56,141 nt of DNA from an uncultured Phycisphaeraceae bacterium (GTDB taxonomy: Bacteria; Planctomycetota; Phycisphaerae; Phycisphaerales; UBA1924): NCBI GenBank assembly GCA_964448185.1, contig CAYUVO010000004.1, positions 1-56,141 on the forward strand, written 5' to 3'. Under the pieces are notes generated by a model. That model searched no databases. It saw only the letters and a list, made by a program, of their open reading frames with translations, and had not been told where the DNA came from. This document shows positions 28,626 to 36,641 of the stretch, in pieces. Both the position numbers and the translations under genes were made by a program. Position 1 is the stretch's first letter, and each line of letters starts with the position of its first letter.

Positions 28626-29324
28626 CTAAATCGAAAGCCTCTCATGCCAACACAGGGGAACCGGCAGGTCATCCGCCGAAAACTCCATGTGCAACACGCG
28701 CCGACGCGAACCGCCTTGAGACTTTGCCGACGCATGGAGAACGAGAGGTTTCATAAGGGCAACATCGCCTGCCCGAGCAACACAGGTAACCGCTTGGTGC
28801 TCATCCGGCTCAATGCTCAGGTCTTTATGTGATCGCGGCATCACTCGCAAAGGTCCGTTGTTTTCTGGGCAATCGTCCAGATGAAGCCGGGCCGTCACCA
28901 TCGAATCGAGCACTTCGTTTGGCGGACGTACTTGCACGACTCCGTCCTTGATTGACCACGGGCCGAATCCATCGACTTCGTGTCTTTGAGCAACTGCAAT
29001 CGTTGTGTCGCGGTGCCACTGGACAAGCCAGTTTGCTTGAGGCGTTTTGTCAAACAAGATCGCTCGAACAAGCGATGGCTTGCTATCGCATACAGAGAGC
29101 ATGAGCGGAGCAAGGCCGGTTGTTCGTAATACTTCAAGGAGATCAGGGATTACCTCAAATGGCGAACGCAAGCCACCCAGCCTTCGGCCGGTGGGTTGGT
29201 GTGCCTTGTCAGTGAGTTTTCCAAGCAGGTCTAATGTGGATTGGCTGCACACATTCTGCGGCGTAGCGAATCCGTTCAAAGAAAGCTCGGTTGCAAGCGC
29301 CGACACTCGCTCACTCCCCCTCAC
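28626..29324 (-). CDS. Phytanoyl-CoA dioxygenase (PhyH) family Fe(II)/2-oxoglutarate oxygenase
   Basis: WLVQWHRDTT (HxD), LRVMPRSHKD, distal LVLHASAKS. The GTG start overlaps the nuoF stop (GTGA). GC is about 50-53%. Confidence 0.75.
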   Translation of the reverse strand: MRGSERVSALATELSLNGFATPQNVCSQSTLDLLGKLTDKAHQPTGRRLGGLRSPFEVIPDLLEVLRTTGLAPLMLSVCDSKPSLVRAILFDKTPQANWLVQWHRDTTIAVAQRHEVDGFGPWSIKDGVVQVRPPNEVLDSMVTARLHLDDCPENNGPLRVMPRSHKDLSIEPDEHQAVTCVARAGDVALMKPLVLHASAKSQGGSRRRVLHMEFSADDLPVPLCWHERLSI

Positions 29325-30730
29325 CCCTTGCTCATCGCTCCGACGCTCACCGTCACCGGCACCATCGAACGACTCACACGAGCCTCGAACTCATCACGAT
29401 ACTTGTTCATGATCGTTCGCAGAGCCCAGTTGTTGCCGTCGGCGAGGCCGCAGATCGTCGTGCCGGGCATCGAGCCCATCGACGTCGCCACTTCCAGCGC
29501 CAGATCGAGATCCTTGGTCTTGCCGTGGCCCTCTTCGATCCGCGTCATGAGTTGGTAGAGCCACCCCGAGCCCTCGCGGCATGGCGTGCATTGCCCGCAG
29601 CTCTCGTGCTTGAAGAACCGGCTGATGTTCCGGGCCACCGCGACCATGTCCGTGTCCTCGTCGAACACCGTCGGGCAGGCGGTCCCCAAGCCCAGCACGT
29701 TGTACCGACGCCCGATATCAAAGTCGAGTTCGGCATCAAACTGGTCGGGGCCCAGAATCCCCATCGAGATGCCGCCCGCGATCGCGCCCTTGAAGGCTTT
29801 GCCGTTGCGCATCCCGCCGCACAGATCTTCGACGAGCGTTCGCAGCGGAATCCCGAGCTCGCACTCATACACCCCCGGCTTGTTGACGTGACCGCTCACG
29901 CCCATGAGCTTGGTGCCATACGACGGCGGCCCGCCGATCGCCGACTCAACGCCCTGACCCATAAACCACTCAGCGCCGTGCTCAATGATCGTCGGCAGGT
30001 GCATCAGCGTCTCGACGTTGTTGATGATCGTCGGCTTGCCGAACAACCCCTTGATCGCCGGGAACGGAGGCTTGATCCGTGGCCAGCCCCGCTTGCCCTC
30101 GATCGCCTCAAGCAATCCCGTTTCTTCGCCACAGATATAAGCGCCCGCTCCGCGATGCACATAGCAATCCACCTGGAACTGTTCGCCCGCCTCGGCAGAC
30201 AACTGCACACCCTTGGGGCCGAAGATGCCCTTGTCGTAGGCTTCTTTGAGTGCTTGTTCGAGGACGTGTGCCTGGTGGTGGTATTCGCCGCGGATGAAGA
30301 TGTACGCCTTGTTGAGTTTGCAGGCGTGGCAGCAGATCGCGATGCCCTCGAACAGGCCGTGCGGATCGAAATCCATCAGCAGCCGATCCTTGAACGTGCC
30401 CGGTTCGGATTCGTCAGCATTGATCGCAAGATACCGCTCGGCCCCCGGCTCGCCGGGTAACTTGCCATCGGGCACCGGCGGCAGGAACGTCCACTTGAGC
30501 CCCGTCGGAAAACCCGCTCCGCCACGGCCACGCAGCACCGACTTCTTGACCTCGGCCGTCACGTCTTCGGGCTTCATCGCCAGCGTCTTGCGGAGGCTTT
30601 CGTACCCGCCGGTCTTGACGTATTCGTCATACCACACGGTGTGCCGATCGGCGAACTCCCCAAAGGGAGGTGTCGGGACTCGCCGCAGGAGCCCGTGTTC
30701 AGGGGTGTCGGTGTAGCTGGCTTTGCCCAC
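29321..30730 (-). CDS. nuoF: NADH:quinone oxidoreductase subunit F-type flavoprotein
   Basis: GRGGAGFPTGLKW (FMN/NADH site) and ESCGQCTPCREG (4Fe-4S). No nuoE or nuoG neighbours. Confidence 0.85.
   Translation of the reverse strand: MGKASYTDTPEHGLLRRVPTPPFGEFADRHTVWYDEYVKTGGYESLRKTLAMKPEDVTAEVKKSVLRGRGGAGFPTGLKWTFLPPVPDGKLPGEPGAERYLAINADESEPGTFKDRLLMDFDPHGLFEGIAICCHACKLNKAYIFIRGEYHHQAHVLEQALKEAYDKGIFGPKGVQLSAEAGEQFQVDCYVHRGAGAYICGEETGLLEAIEGKRGWPRIKPPFPAIKGLFGKPTIINNVETLMHLPTIIEHGAEWFMGQGVESAIGGPPSYGTKLMGVSGHVNKPGVYECELGIPLRTLVEDLCGGMRNGKAFKGAIAGGISMGILGPDQFDAELDFDIGRRYNVLGLGTACPTVFDEDTDMVAVARNISRFFKHESCGQCTPCREGSGWLYQLMTRIEEGHGKTKDLDLALEVATSMGSMPGTTICGLADGNNWALRTIMNKYRDEFEARVSRSMVPVTVSVGAMSKG
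29326..29343 (+). repeat. 18-bp direct repeat partner (CCTTGCTCATCGCTCCGA)
   Basis: Identical to 28552-28569. It lies inside the last codons of nuoF. Confidence 0.85.
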
Positions 30731-30968
30731 AATGGCCTCCGATACTCAACTCGCGTTGCTCAAACAGCAGAACTCTAGAAAGCCCGTACAAATACAGATC
30801 GGCAGCAAGGCCGGCTCATAGCACGAGGTGATTCTAGCGGCTCACGGCCGCGGTGCCCGGCGGCCTCGAATCAGGAATCTCACGCAATGCGCCCGCAGAG
30901 TCCCAGATCCGTTGGCCTTGGCCCCAACCGCGTGGTAAATAAGAGGTAGAGGTGCGTTGATTCGGGCT

Positions 30969-30988
30969 CCCCGTCCCCCCCCGTCCCC
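30969..30988 (+). repeat. C4-GT-C8-GT-C4 element (copy 1)
   Basis: CCCCGTCCCCCCCCGTCCCC, 67 nt upstream of the peroxidase ATG. It is identical to the reverse complement of 52735-52754. Confidence 0.9.
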
Positions 30989-31055
30989 CGCACCCTGAAC
31001 AAGAGAGAGCCAGAGAGAACTCACAGAGAATCCAATACCCAAGGAGAGTGGTGGC

Positions 31056-32645
31056 ATGCTCAGCACAAGAGCGATGGTGGCAATCGTCGGTACCGCAATG
31101 GTCTGCACCGCAGCGAACGCACAGACCTGGAGAACCATCGACGGCTCTTCCAACAACCTCCTCAACCCCACCCTCGGTGCCAACGGCACGCTGACTATCC
31201 GTAACGCCGCCGCCCAATACGCCGACGGCCTCGGAAGCCCGATGATCCGCAGCTCGCCCAGAGCCGTCTCCAACTCGATGGGCACACAAACCGCCAGCGG
31301 CAGCACCCGTGGCCTCTCAAGCATGTTCGTCCAATGGGGACAGTTCATCGACCACGACTTCTCGCTGGCCCTCGAAGGCAACTCCGAAACCCTCACCATC
31401 GACGTGCCCATGGGCGACCCCTTCTTCGATCCGGGATCGACGGGCACCCAAACCATGACGATGAACCGCTCGCAGTTCTCTCAAGGCGTCACCGCGCCCC
31501 GCCAGTTCGCCAACTCCATCACCCACTTCCTCGACGGCTCGGGCGTCTACGGCTCAAACACCACCCGCGCCAACGCCCTCCGCAGCTTCAACGGTGGACG
31601 CATGGCCACGTCAGCGGGCAACCTCATGCCCCGCAACACCGGCGGGCTTGAAAACGCCGGCGGCCCAAGCCCAGACCTCTTCCTCGCAGGCGACATCAGA
31701 TCCAACGAACAATCAGGGCTCACCGCAACTCACACCATGTTCGTCCGTGAGCACAACCGCTGGGCCGATCGCATCAGCGCCGAGCAGCCCGCGTGGGACG
31801 ACGAGAGGGTCTACCAGACCGCACGCAAAATCGTCGGTGCCGAGATTCAGAAGATCACCTACGAAGAGTGGCTCCCGTCGCTGGGCATCAACCTCGACGA
31901 GTATCAGGGCTACGACGAGAACGTCGACCCGAGCATCTCCATCGAGTTCTCCACCACCGCCTTCCGTTTCGGGCACACCATGCTCAACGAAACCATGCCC
32001 ATGTTCAACGCCCAAGGCGAACGCACGGGTGAGCTGGGACTCCGCGACGCTTTCTTCAATCCGTCGGTCTTCGATAACCCGTCAGCGGTCGACGAAATTC
32101 TCGCAGGCATGACCCGCAATGAGGCCGAAACGCTCGATACACAGGTCATCGACGGCGTCCGTAACTTCCTCTTCGGCAACCCCGGTGAAGGCGGGCTCGA
32201 CCTCATGAGCCTCAACCTCATGCGAGGACGCGATCACGGCATCGGCGATTACAACGCCCTCCGCGTCGCCTATGGCCTCGATGAATCCAACCTCATCATG
32301 GACTTTCCGGGCATGGCAGACATGTACTCCTCCAACGACGTCGATGCATGGATCGGCATGATGGCCGAGCTCGAAATGCTCGACGCGATCGAGGGCTCGC
32401 TCTTTGAAGCGATCATGATCGACCAGTTTGCGCGCATGCGTGATGGCGATCGGTTCTTCTATCTCAACGACCCGGACCTGCTGCCGTGGCTCTCGGAGAT
32501 CCAAGGGCTCACGCTCGGCGACCTGATGCAGTTCAACCTCGATACCGGGCCGATGCAGTCGAACGTCTTCTTCGTGCCCGCACCGGGCGTCGGCATCGTC
32601 GCGTTCGCAGGCCTGGGCATGTTGGCACGTCGTCGCCGAGTTTGA
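31056..32645 (+). CDS. Animal-type haem peroxidase family protein with PEP-CTERM-like anchor
   Basis: Signal peptide. DGSSNNLLNPTLG, QWGQFIDHDFSL (distal His), TAFRFGHTML (proximal His). C-terminus VPAPGVGIVAFAGLGMLARRRRV. AAGGAG RBS. Confidence 0.8.
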   Translation: MLSTRAMVAIVGTAMVCTAANAQTWRTIDGSSNNLLNPTLGANGTLTIRNAAAQYADGLGSPMIRSSPRAVSNSMGTQTASGSTRGLSSMFVQWGQFIDHDFSLALEGNSETLTIDVPMGDPFFDPGSTGTQTMTMNRSQFSQGVTAPRQFANSITHFLDGSGVYGSNTTRANALRSFNGGRMATSAGNLMPRNTGGLENAGGPSPDLFLAGDIRSNEQSGLTATHTMFVREHNRWADRISAEQPAWDDERVYQTARKIVGAEIQKITYEEWLPSLGINLDEYQGYDENVDPSISIEFSTTAFRFGHTMLNETMPMFNAQGERTGELGLRDAFFNPSVFDNPSAVDEILAGMTRNEAETLDTQVIDGVRNFLFGNPGEGGLDLMSLNLMRGRDHGIGDYNALRVAYGLDESNLIMDFPGMADMYSSNDVDAWIGMMAELEMLDAIEGSLFEAIMIDQFARMRDGDRFFYLNDPDLLPWLSEIQGLTLGDLMQFNLDTGPMQSNVFFVPAPGVGIVAFAGLGMLARRRRV

Positions 32646-32656
32646 TGGACCACTAC

Positions 32657-32702
32657 AAGCCCTGAGTGTGAGCGCGGGGGCTTCTTCACAAGCCCTTCTT
32701 TG
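32657..32702 (+). terminator. Terminator candidate built on a partial copy (C) of the interspersed repeat
   Basis: AAGCCC..GGGCTT-cttcac-AAGCCC followed by TTCTTTG. ACAAGCCCTGAGTGTGAGCGCGGGGG resembles the repeat core. Confidence 0.45.
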
Positions 32703-32715
32703 AGATGCGCCGCGT

Positions 32716-33183
32716 TTGATGTATGCTCACAGCATGTACTTGGTGTATAGATACTCCGATGTGCTCCGCGCACAACTTGCAGTCGCCGAACTCAAAGCTC
32801 GCGGCGTCGTTGCATCCGTCGAGGGCGGGCTCCTCCAAACGCTGGGCCCGTACACCGGCGCGGGCGTCGGATCACCCCATGACGTGGTTATTGCGGACAA
32901 GGCGGACCTCCCGCTCGCTCGCGAGATTCTCACTCTGATGAACGCAGAGAGCGTCGATCCCGGCTGGGAATCTCAGGCGCAACCAGACCTTGCCCGCCTT
33001 GATTCAAACCTTCGCGTAGCGTGTCCCAAGTGCCGGTACGACTTGCTCGCTCTGGGCAATGAGGGGCGTTGCCCCGAGTGCGGCCAAAACTTCGACCTGC
33101 TCTCACTGATCCTCATTCAGCACGGACCCGAAGCACTCGCCGATTGCTACGACAACACGGATGATTCCGAGCCCGCTGAGTAA
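32716..33183 (+). CDS. Small protein: DUF2007-like N-terminus plus C-terminal zinc ribbon
   Basis: CPKCRYDLLALGNEGRCPECG. The start is uncertain (several Met within the first 7 codons). Confidence 0.4.
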   Translation: MMYAHSMYLVYRYSDVLRAQLAVAELKARGVVASVEGGLLQTLGPYTGAGVGSPHDVVIADKADLPLAREILTLMNAESVDPGWESQAQPDLARLDSNLRVACPKCRYDLLALGNEGRCPECGQNFDLLSLILIQHGPEALADCYDNTDDSEPAE

Positions 33184-33234
33184 CGCTGCCGCAGAATATC
33201 AACTCTGGGTGCCATGGAGACAACGCCCCCCTTT

Positions 33235-33292
33235 CGATTTCTCCACGATGCTTCTCGCGATCTTGACAAGCCCCGAGTGTGAGCGAGGGGGA
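33235..33292 (+). repeat. Interspersed repeat copy B (58-bp core)
   Basis: CGATTTCTCCACG..TCTTGACAAGCCCCGAGTGTGAGCGAGGGGGA. It ends 8 nt before the stop codon of the minus-strand M60 gene, as copy A does for phyH. Confidence 0.85.
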
Positions 33293-33300
33293 CGCTGTGT

Positions 33301-35556
33301 TTACCACCCCTCGGGCATCCACACCTGCAGGTCACTCAATGACGCGCGCACCGACTCGCTCGTCGGCACGCCCCACGCCTCAAAGAACTCGCCCAGATTC
33401 CGACCTGTGTATCGGCTGGTCCGCACAAGCCACTGGTCGCGTTTGTCCGCGTCGCTCCTTGGACGCTCGTTCTCGGGCAGCGCCCGATACTCGGCGAACA
33501 CATCCTCGTACAGCTCCCATCCGAACGCCTGCTGGAGCTGAACGTACATCGTCAGCGCCAAGAACGGCTTGCGCTTCCACACATCAAACGGCGAGCCTGC
33601 CTCGGCGTGCGCGCGCATATCACTCAGCATCTTCTCCGAAGTAAAGTTGCGAGCCTTTGAGGGAGCGATGCCGCAGACCTTGTCCAGCGCGTACAGCGTA
33701 AACAAGTTCACCGTCACCTCGCCCGTGCCGCCGAACGTCCACATCGAGTTCTGATGCCAGTGCCCGAGTTCGTGGAAGAAGCCCCACACGTTGCCGCCGT
33801 CTTGGTCGAGCAGCCCGTCGAGATTCACAAGGTCCGCAGCACTGCTCATCGGGATCGTCAGTGGGCGGTTCGCCGGGGCGTACATATACCCCCAGCTCAC
33901 GCTGATGTCCGGCACAAGCCTCGCCTGTCGATCACCCATGCCGTTCATTCGGCGAGGTTCGAGGCTGCCCTGCGCGCGCACGACCTTGTTCCAGAACTCC
34001 ATGAGTGCTGCCGGGTTGTCGAGCGAACGCACGACTGCGCTCGGCACAGTCAACGCAATCTCTCGGCTTTCTAACTCCGCCCAAGGACCCGGGGCGACGC
34101 GCAACGTCTCCCAATGCTCGGCGCTCGTCTGTCCCAACGTGAACAGAGGCGACTCGACCGCGCCCTCGATGCTCAACGCAACCGCATCGGCAGCGAAGCC
34201 TTTGGGTACGTCGAGATAGATCAAGCCGCCCACCGAGTTAGCGATGCGCACACTGGGCGCATCAACCACAAACCTGCGCACCACTCGCGGCAGCCGGTTG
34301 AGCGAGCCCCGAGACTCGGGATCAAGATGCGAACCGATCTGAATGACGAGGCCCGTCTCTGAGAAGTCATTGTCAAACGTCACCGTGACGACTTCGCCCG
34401 CGGGCGCATAGAACCCTGTGCCTCGCCAGCCGGGGATGGTGGTATCGACGTTGCCGGTGCGCACTGATCGCGGCGCATCGGTTGGCACGTTTCCCGGAAA
34501 TCCGTTTGCCGACGGATGCTTGGAGACCGCTTCGGGCGGCGCATCGAACGCTTCGATCATGAACTGTTCGATCCCGAGCCGCGCGAGCGTGTGGTCTTTC
34601 CACGTCAAGCCCCGCGCGTGCATGTCGCGGTACAGCTCATCGAACGAATCGCTGTCACGCGCCAGCAGTTCCTCCAGCCGACGGCGCAACGGGTTGCGAT
34701 CACGCCCCAGTGTGCGCATGGCAGCAGCTACCGACGCGCCCGCACTGGCCCGGTGAGCATCCGAGATCGTGCCGGTGTCCAACGCCTCGATCGCGCTGCC
34801 CGCATGGACCCAAGGCATCGGCTCGGGTTGAACTTTATAGAGATCGCCCGGATTCTCAGCGACCGTGCCGTCGGCGAACGCAAGCCCGGCGCGAGTGAGG
34901 ATCTTATTGCCCGGGTGGTCGGTGATGACCTTGCCCGGATTGAGCTGGAGCCAGCCCCACGCGAGCCCCGCGGTCATCCACCCGCCGCCATGATCGACCA
35001 CGAACGTGCGCACAGCCTCGCGGTCCGCTTCGGCTTCGAGCTTGTGTGTGTCGAGCACCAACAAGTCGAGGCCACCCAAGTGCTCGCGCCAGTTGCCCGT
35101 GACGATTTCAACGGGGATGTTGTGGGCTGCGAGTGCTTCGAGGATTGCAGCCGTCGCTCCCCAGACCCGCAGGGTGCCTTCTTGATTCGCACACCATCGG
35201 GCCGTGTTGGCGAGCAGTCGGGGCGTGTCGTGCCCGGTGGCGGCTAAAAACCCGCCGTGGCCAAAAACGACCACTCGGCCTTCTCCCCACCGAGCCGCTG
35301 CGACGACCGCTTGAGCGGGCTGGCTATCGGACTTGGTGCGGGGCGTGACGACCACGAATGCCTCGTCGCCGAAGACCGCGATCGGCCCGGGCAGCCCCGG
35401 AGCGTCGATCGTCTGGACCCCCTCAAGAAGCCGCTCGACCAAGGGGTTCTCCGGCTGGCCGATGGCTGGTGAGACCGCCAAGACACCCGCCAAGGCGAGC
35501 CAGAAGCTCAAGATCGTTGTCGGCATTCTGTGAGGGGTTCGGTGGTGATGGCTCAT
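33301..35556 (-). CDS. Secreted M60-like (enhancin/TCAF-like) zinc peptidase
   Basis: FFHELGHWHQN HExxH with a downstream Glu. Signal peptide LSFWLALAGVLAVSPAIGQ. ATG 35556 has AGGAG 8 nt upstream (alternative ATG at 35526). The N-terminal half resembles the amidotransferase-like domain of TCAF proteins. Confidence 0.8.
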   Translation of the reverse strand: MSHHHRTPHRMPTTILSFWLALAGVLAVSPAIGQPENPLVERLLEGVQTIDAPGLPGPIAVFGDEAFVVVTPRTKSDSQPAQAVVAAARWGEGRVVVFGHGGFLAATGHDTPRLLANTARWCANQEGTLRVWGATAAILEALAAHNIPVEIVTGNWREHLGGLDLLVLDTHKLEAEADREAVRTFVVDHGGGWMTAGLAWGWLQLNPGKVITDHPGNKILTRAGLAFADGTVAENPGDLYKVQPEPMPWVHAGSAIEALDTGTISDAHRASAGASVAAAMRTLGRDRNPLRRRLEELLARDSDSFDELYRDMHARGLTWKDHTLARLGIEQFMIEAFDAPPEAVSKHPSANGFPGNVPTDAPRSVRTGNVDTTIPGWRGTGFYAPAGEVVTVTFDNDFSETGLVIQIGSHLDPESRGSLNRLPRVVRRFVVDAPSVRIANSVGGLIYLDVPKGFAADAVALSIEGAVESPLFTLGQTSAEHWETLRVAPGPWAELESREIALTVPSAVVRSLDNPAALMEFWNKVVRAQGSLEPRRMNGMGDRQARLVPDISVSWGYMYAPANRPLTIPMSSAADLVNLDGLLDQDGGNVWGFFHELGHWHQNSMWTFGGTGEVTVNLFTLYALDKVCGIAPSKARNFTSEKMLSDMRAHAEAGSPFDVWKRKPFLALTMYVQLQQAFGWELYEDVFAEYRALPENERPRSDADKRDQWLVRTSRYTGRNLGEFFEAWGVPTSESVRASLSDLQVWMPEGW

Positions 35557-35686
35557 GTGGATCGCTCCTGGAACAGAATCGGCGTTGGCATGCTCTGGGT
35601 GTGGACGTTGCACCCCGGCCCTGCAACCATACAGGCGGGCGACTGCGCCCCTCAACCTACCCTCTTCTGCGGGAGAAGCCTGCGTT

Positions 35687-35944
35687 ATGACTCATATCAT
35701 CGCCGAGCCGTGCATCGCGACCAAGGACACGTCGTGTGTCGAGGTCTGCCCGGTGGACTGCATCCATCCGACCCAAGACAATCCCGACTTCGAGTCGGCA
35801 GACCAGCTCTTCATCGACCCGGACACCTGCATCGATTGCGGCTTGTGCGTCGACGAATGCCCCGTGCGGGCGATCTTCCCCGAAGAAGACCTGCCCGGCG
35901 AGTGGTCAAACTACATCCAGCTCAACTTGTCGTACTTCGAGTAA
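35687..35944 (+). CDS. fdxA: 7Fe-type ferredoxin (3Fe-4S + 4Fe-4S)
   Basis: MTHIIAEPCIATKDTSCVEVCPVDCIHP...DPDTCIDCGLCVDECPVRAIF. Confidence 0.85.
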   Translation: MTHIIAEPCIATKDTSCVEVCPVDCIHPTQDNPDFESADQLFIDPDTCIDCGLCVDECPVRAIFPEEDLPGEWSNYIQLNLSYFE

Positions 35945-35963
35945 GCAGGCGGACGCGGGCTCT

Positions 35964-36641
35964 TTATGGCTGGGTAAGCCCTTCGCGGAACGCAAACCGG
36001 GCCAGCCCCACGCGGTCGTGAATGTCGAGCTTGTTCATCAGGCTCGTCGCGTGGTTGTCCACGGTCTTGACGCTCAGCCCGAGATGCTCAGCGATCCGCT
36101 TTTTGGTGAGCCCCTCCGAAATCAGGCACAGCACCTCGTGCTCCCGGCGAGAAAGCCCGCTGACGCGATCCCAGATGCTGTCACTGGCAGCCTGTGCCAA
36201 GGGGTCGCTTTCTGATAGCGTTCCATTCTCGCCGCTCTCGATCATGGCCTCGACCGCGGGCGAGTGAGCCCTGCGCCCATCGGCGACCGCGTCCATCCCG
36301 GCACCGACGTGTTCGACCCGGTCGGATGCGAGGACGACCGAACCGATGCCGTTGGAGACGAGCTCGCGTGCCAAGCGATCGTGCATCACCGAGAGCAGCA
36401 CGAGCATTCTCGATGGTTCGACGATCTCGGCGAGCCCGCGCACACACCCGATGACGAGCCCCGAACGCTGGCTAACGTCCACGACGACCAGATCCGGGCG
36501 TGCGAGTTCGAGCCGGGGGCCTGCATCAGGTTCGAGCCCGTGCTGGAGCACGATCTCGAAGCCCGGTCGCTGAGCGACCATTCGTTCGAGGGACCAGCCG
36601 ATGAGGCTGTGATCGGTAAGAAGCACAACTCGACAAGCCAC
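35964..36641 (-). CDS. NarL/FixJ-type response regulator (LuxR HTH), receiver possibly atypical
   Basis: LSRREHEVLCLISEGLTKKRIAEHLGLSVKTVDNHATSLMNKL. Receiver VVLLTDH..DLVVVDV. A GTG with GGAG 6 nt upstream is preferred over the longer ORF running to 36737. Confidence 0.7.
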   Translation of the reverse strand: MACRVVLLTDHSLIGWSLERMVAQRPGFEIVLQHGLEPDAGPRLELARPDLVVVDVSQRSGLVIGCVRGLAEIVEPSRMLVLLSVMHDRLARELVSNGIGSVVLASDRVEHVGAGMDAVADGRRAHSPAVEAMIESGENGTLSESDPLAQAASDSIWDRVSGLSRREHEVLCLISEGLTKKRIAEHLGLSVKTVDNHATSLMNKLDIHDRVGLARFAFREGLTQP

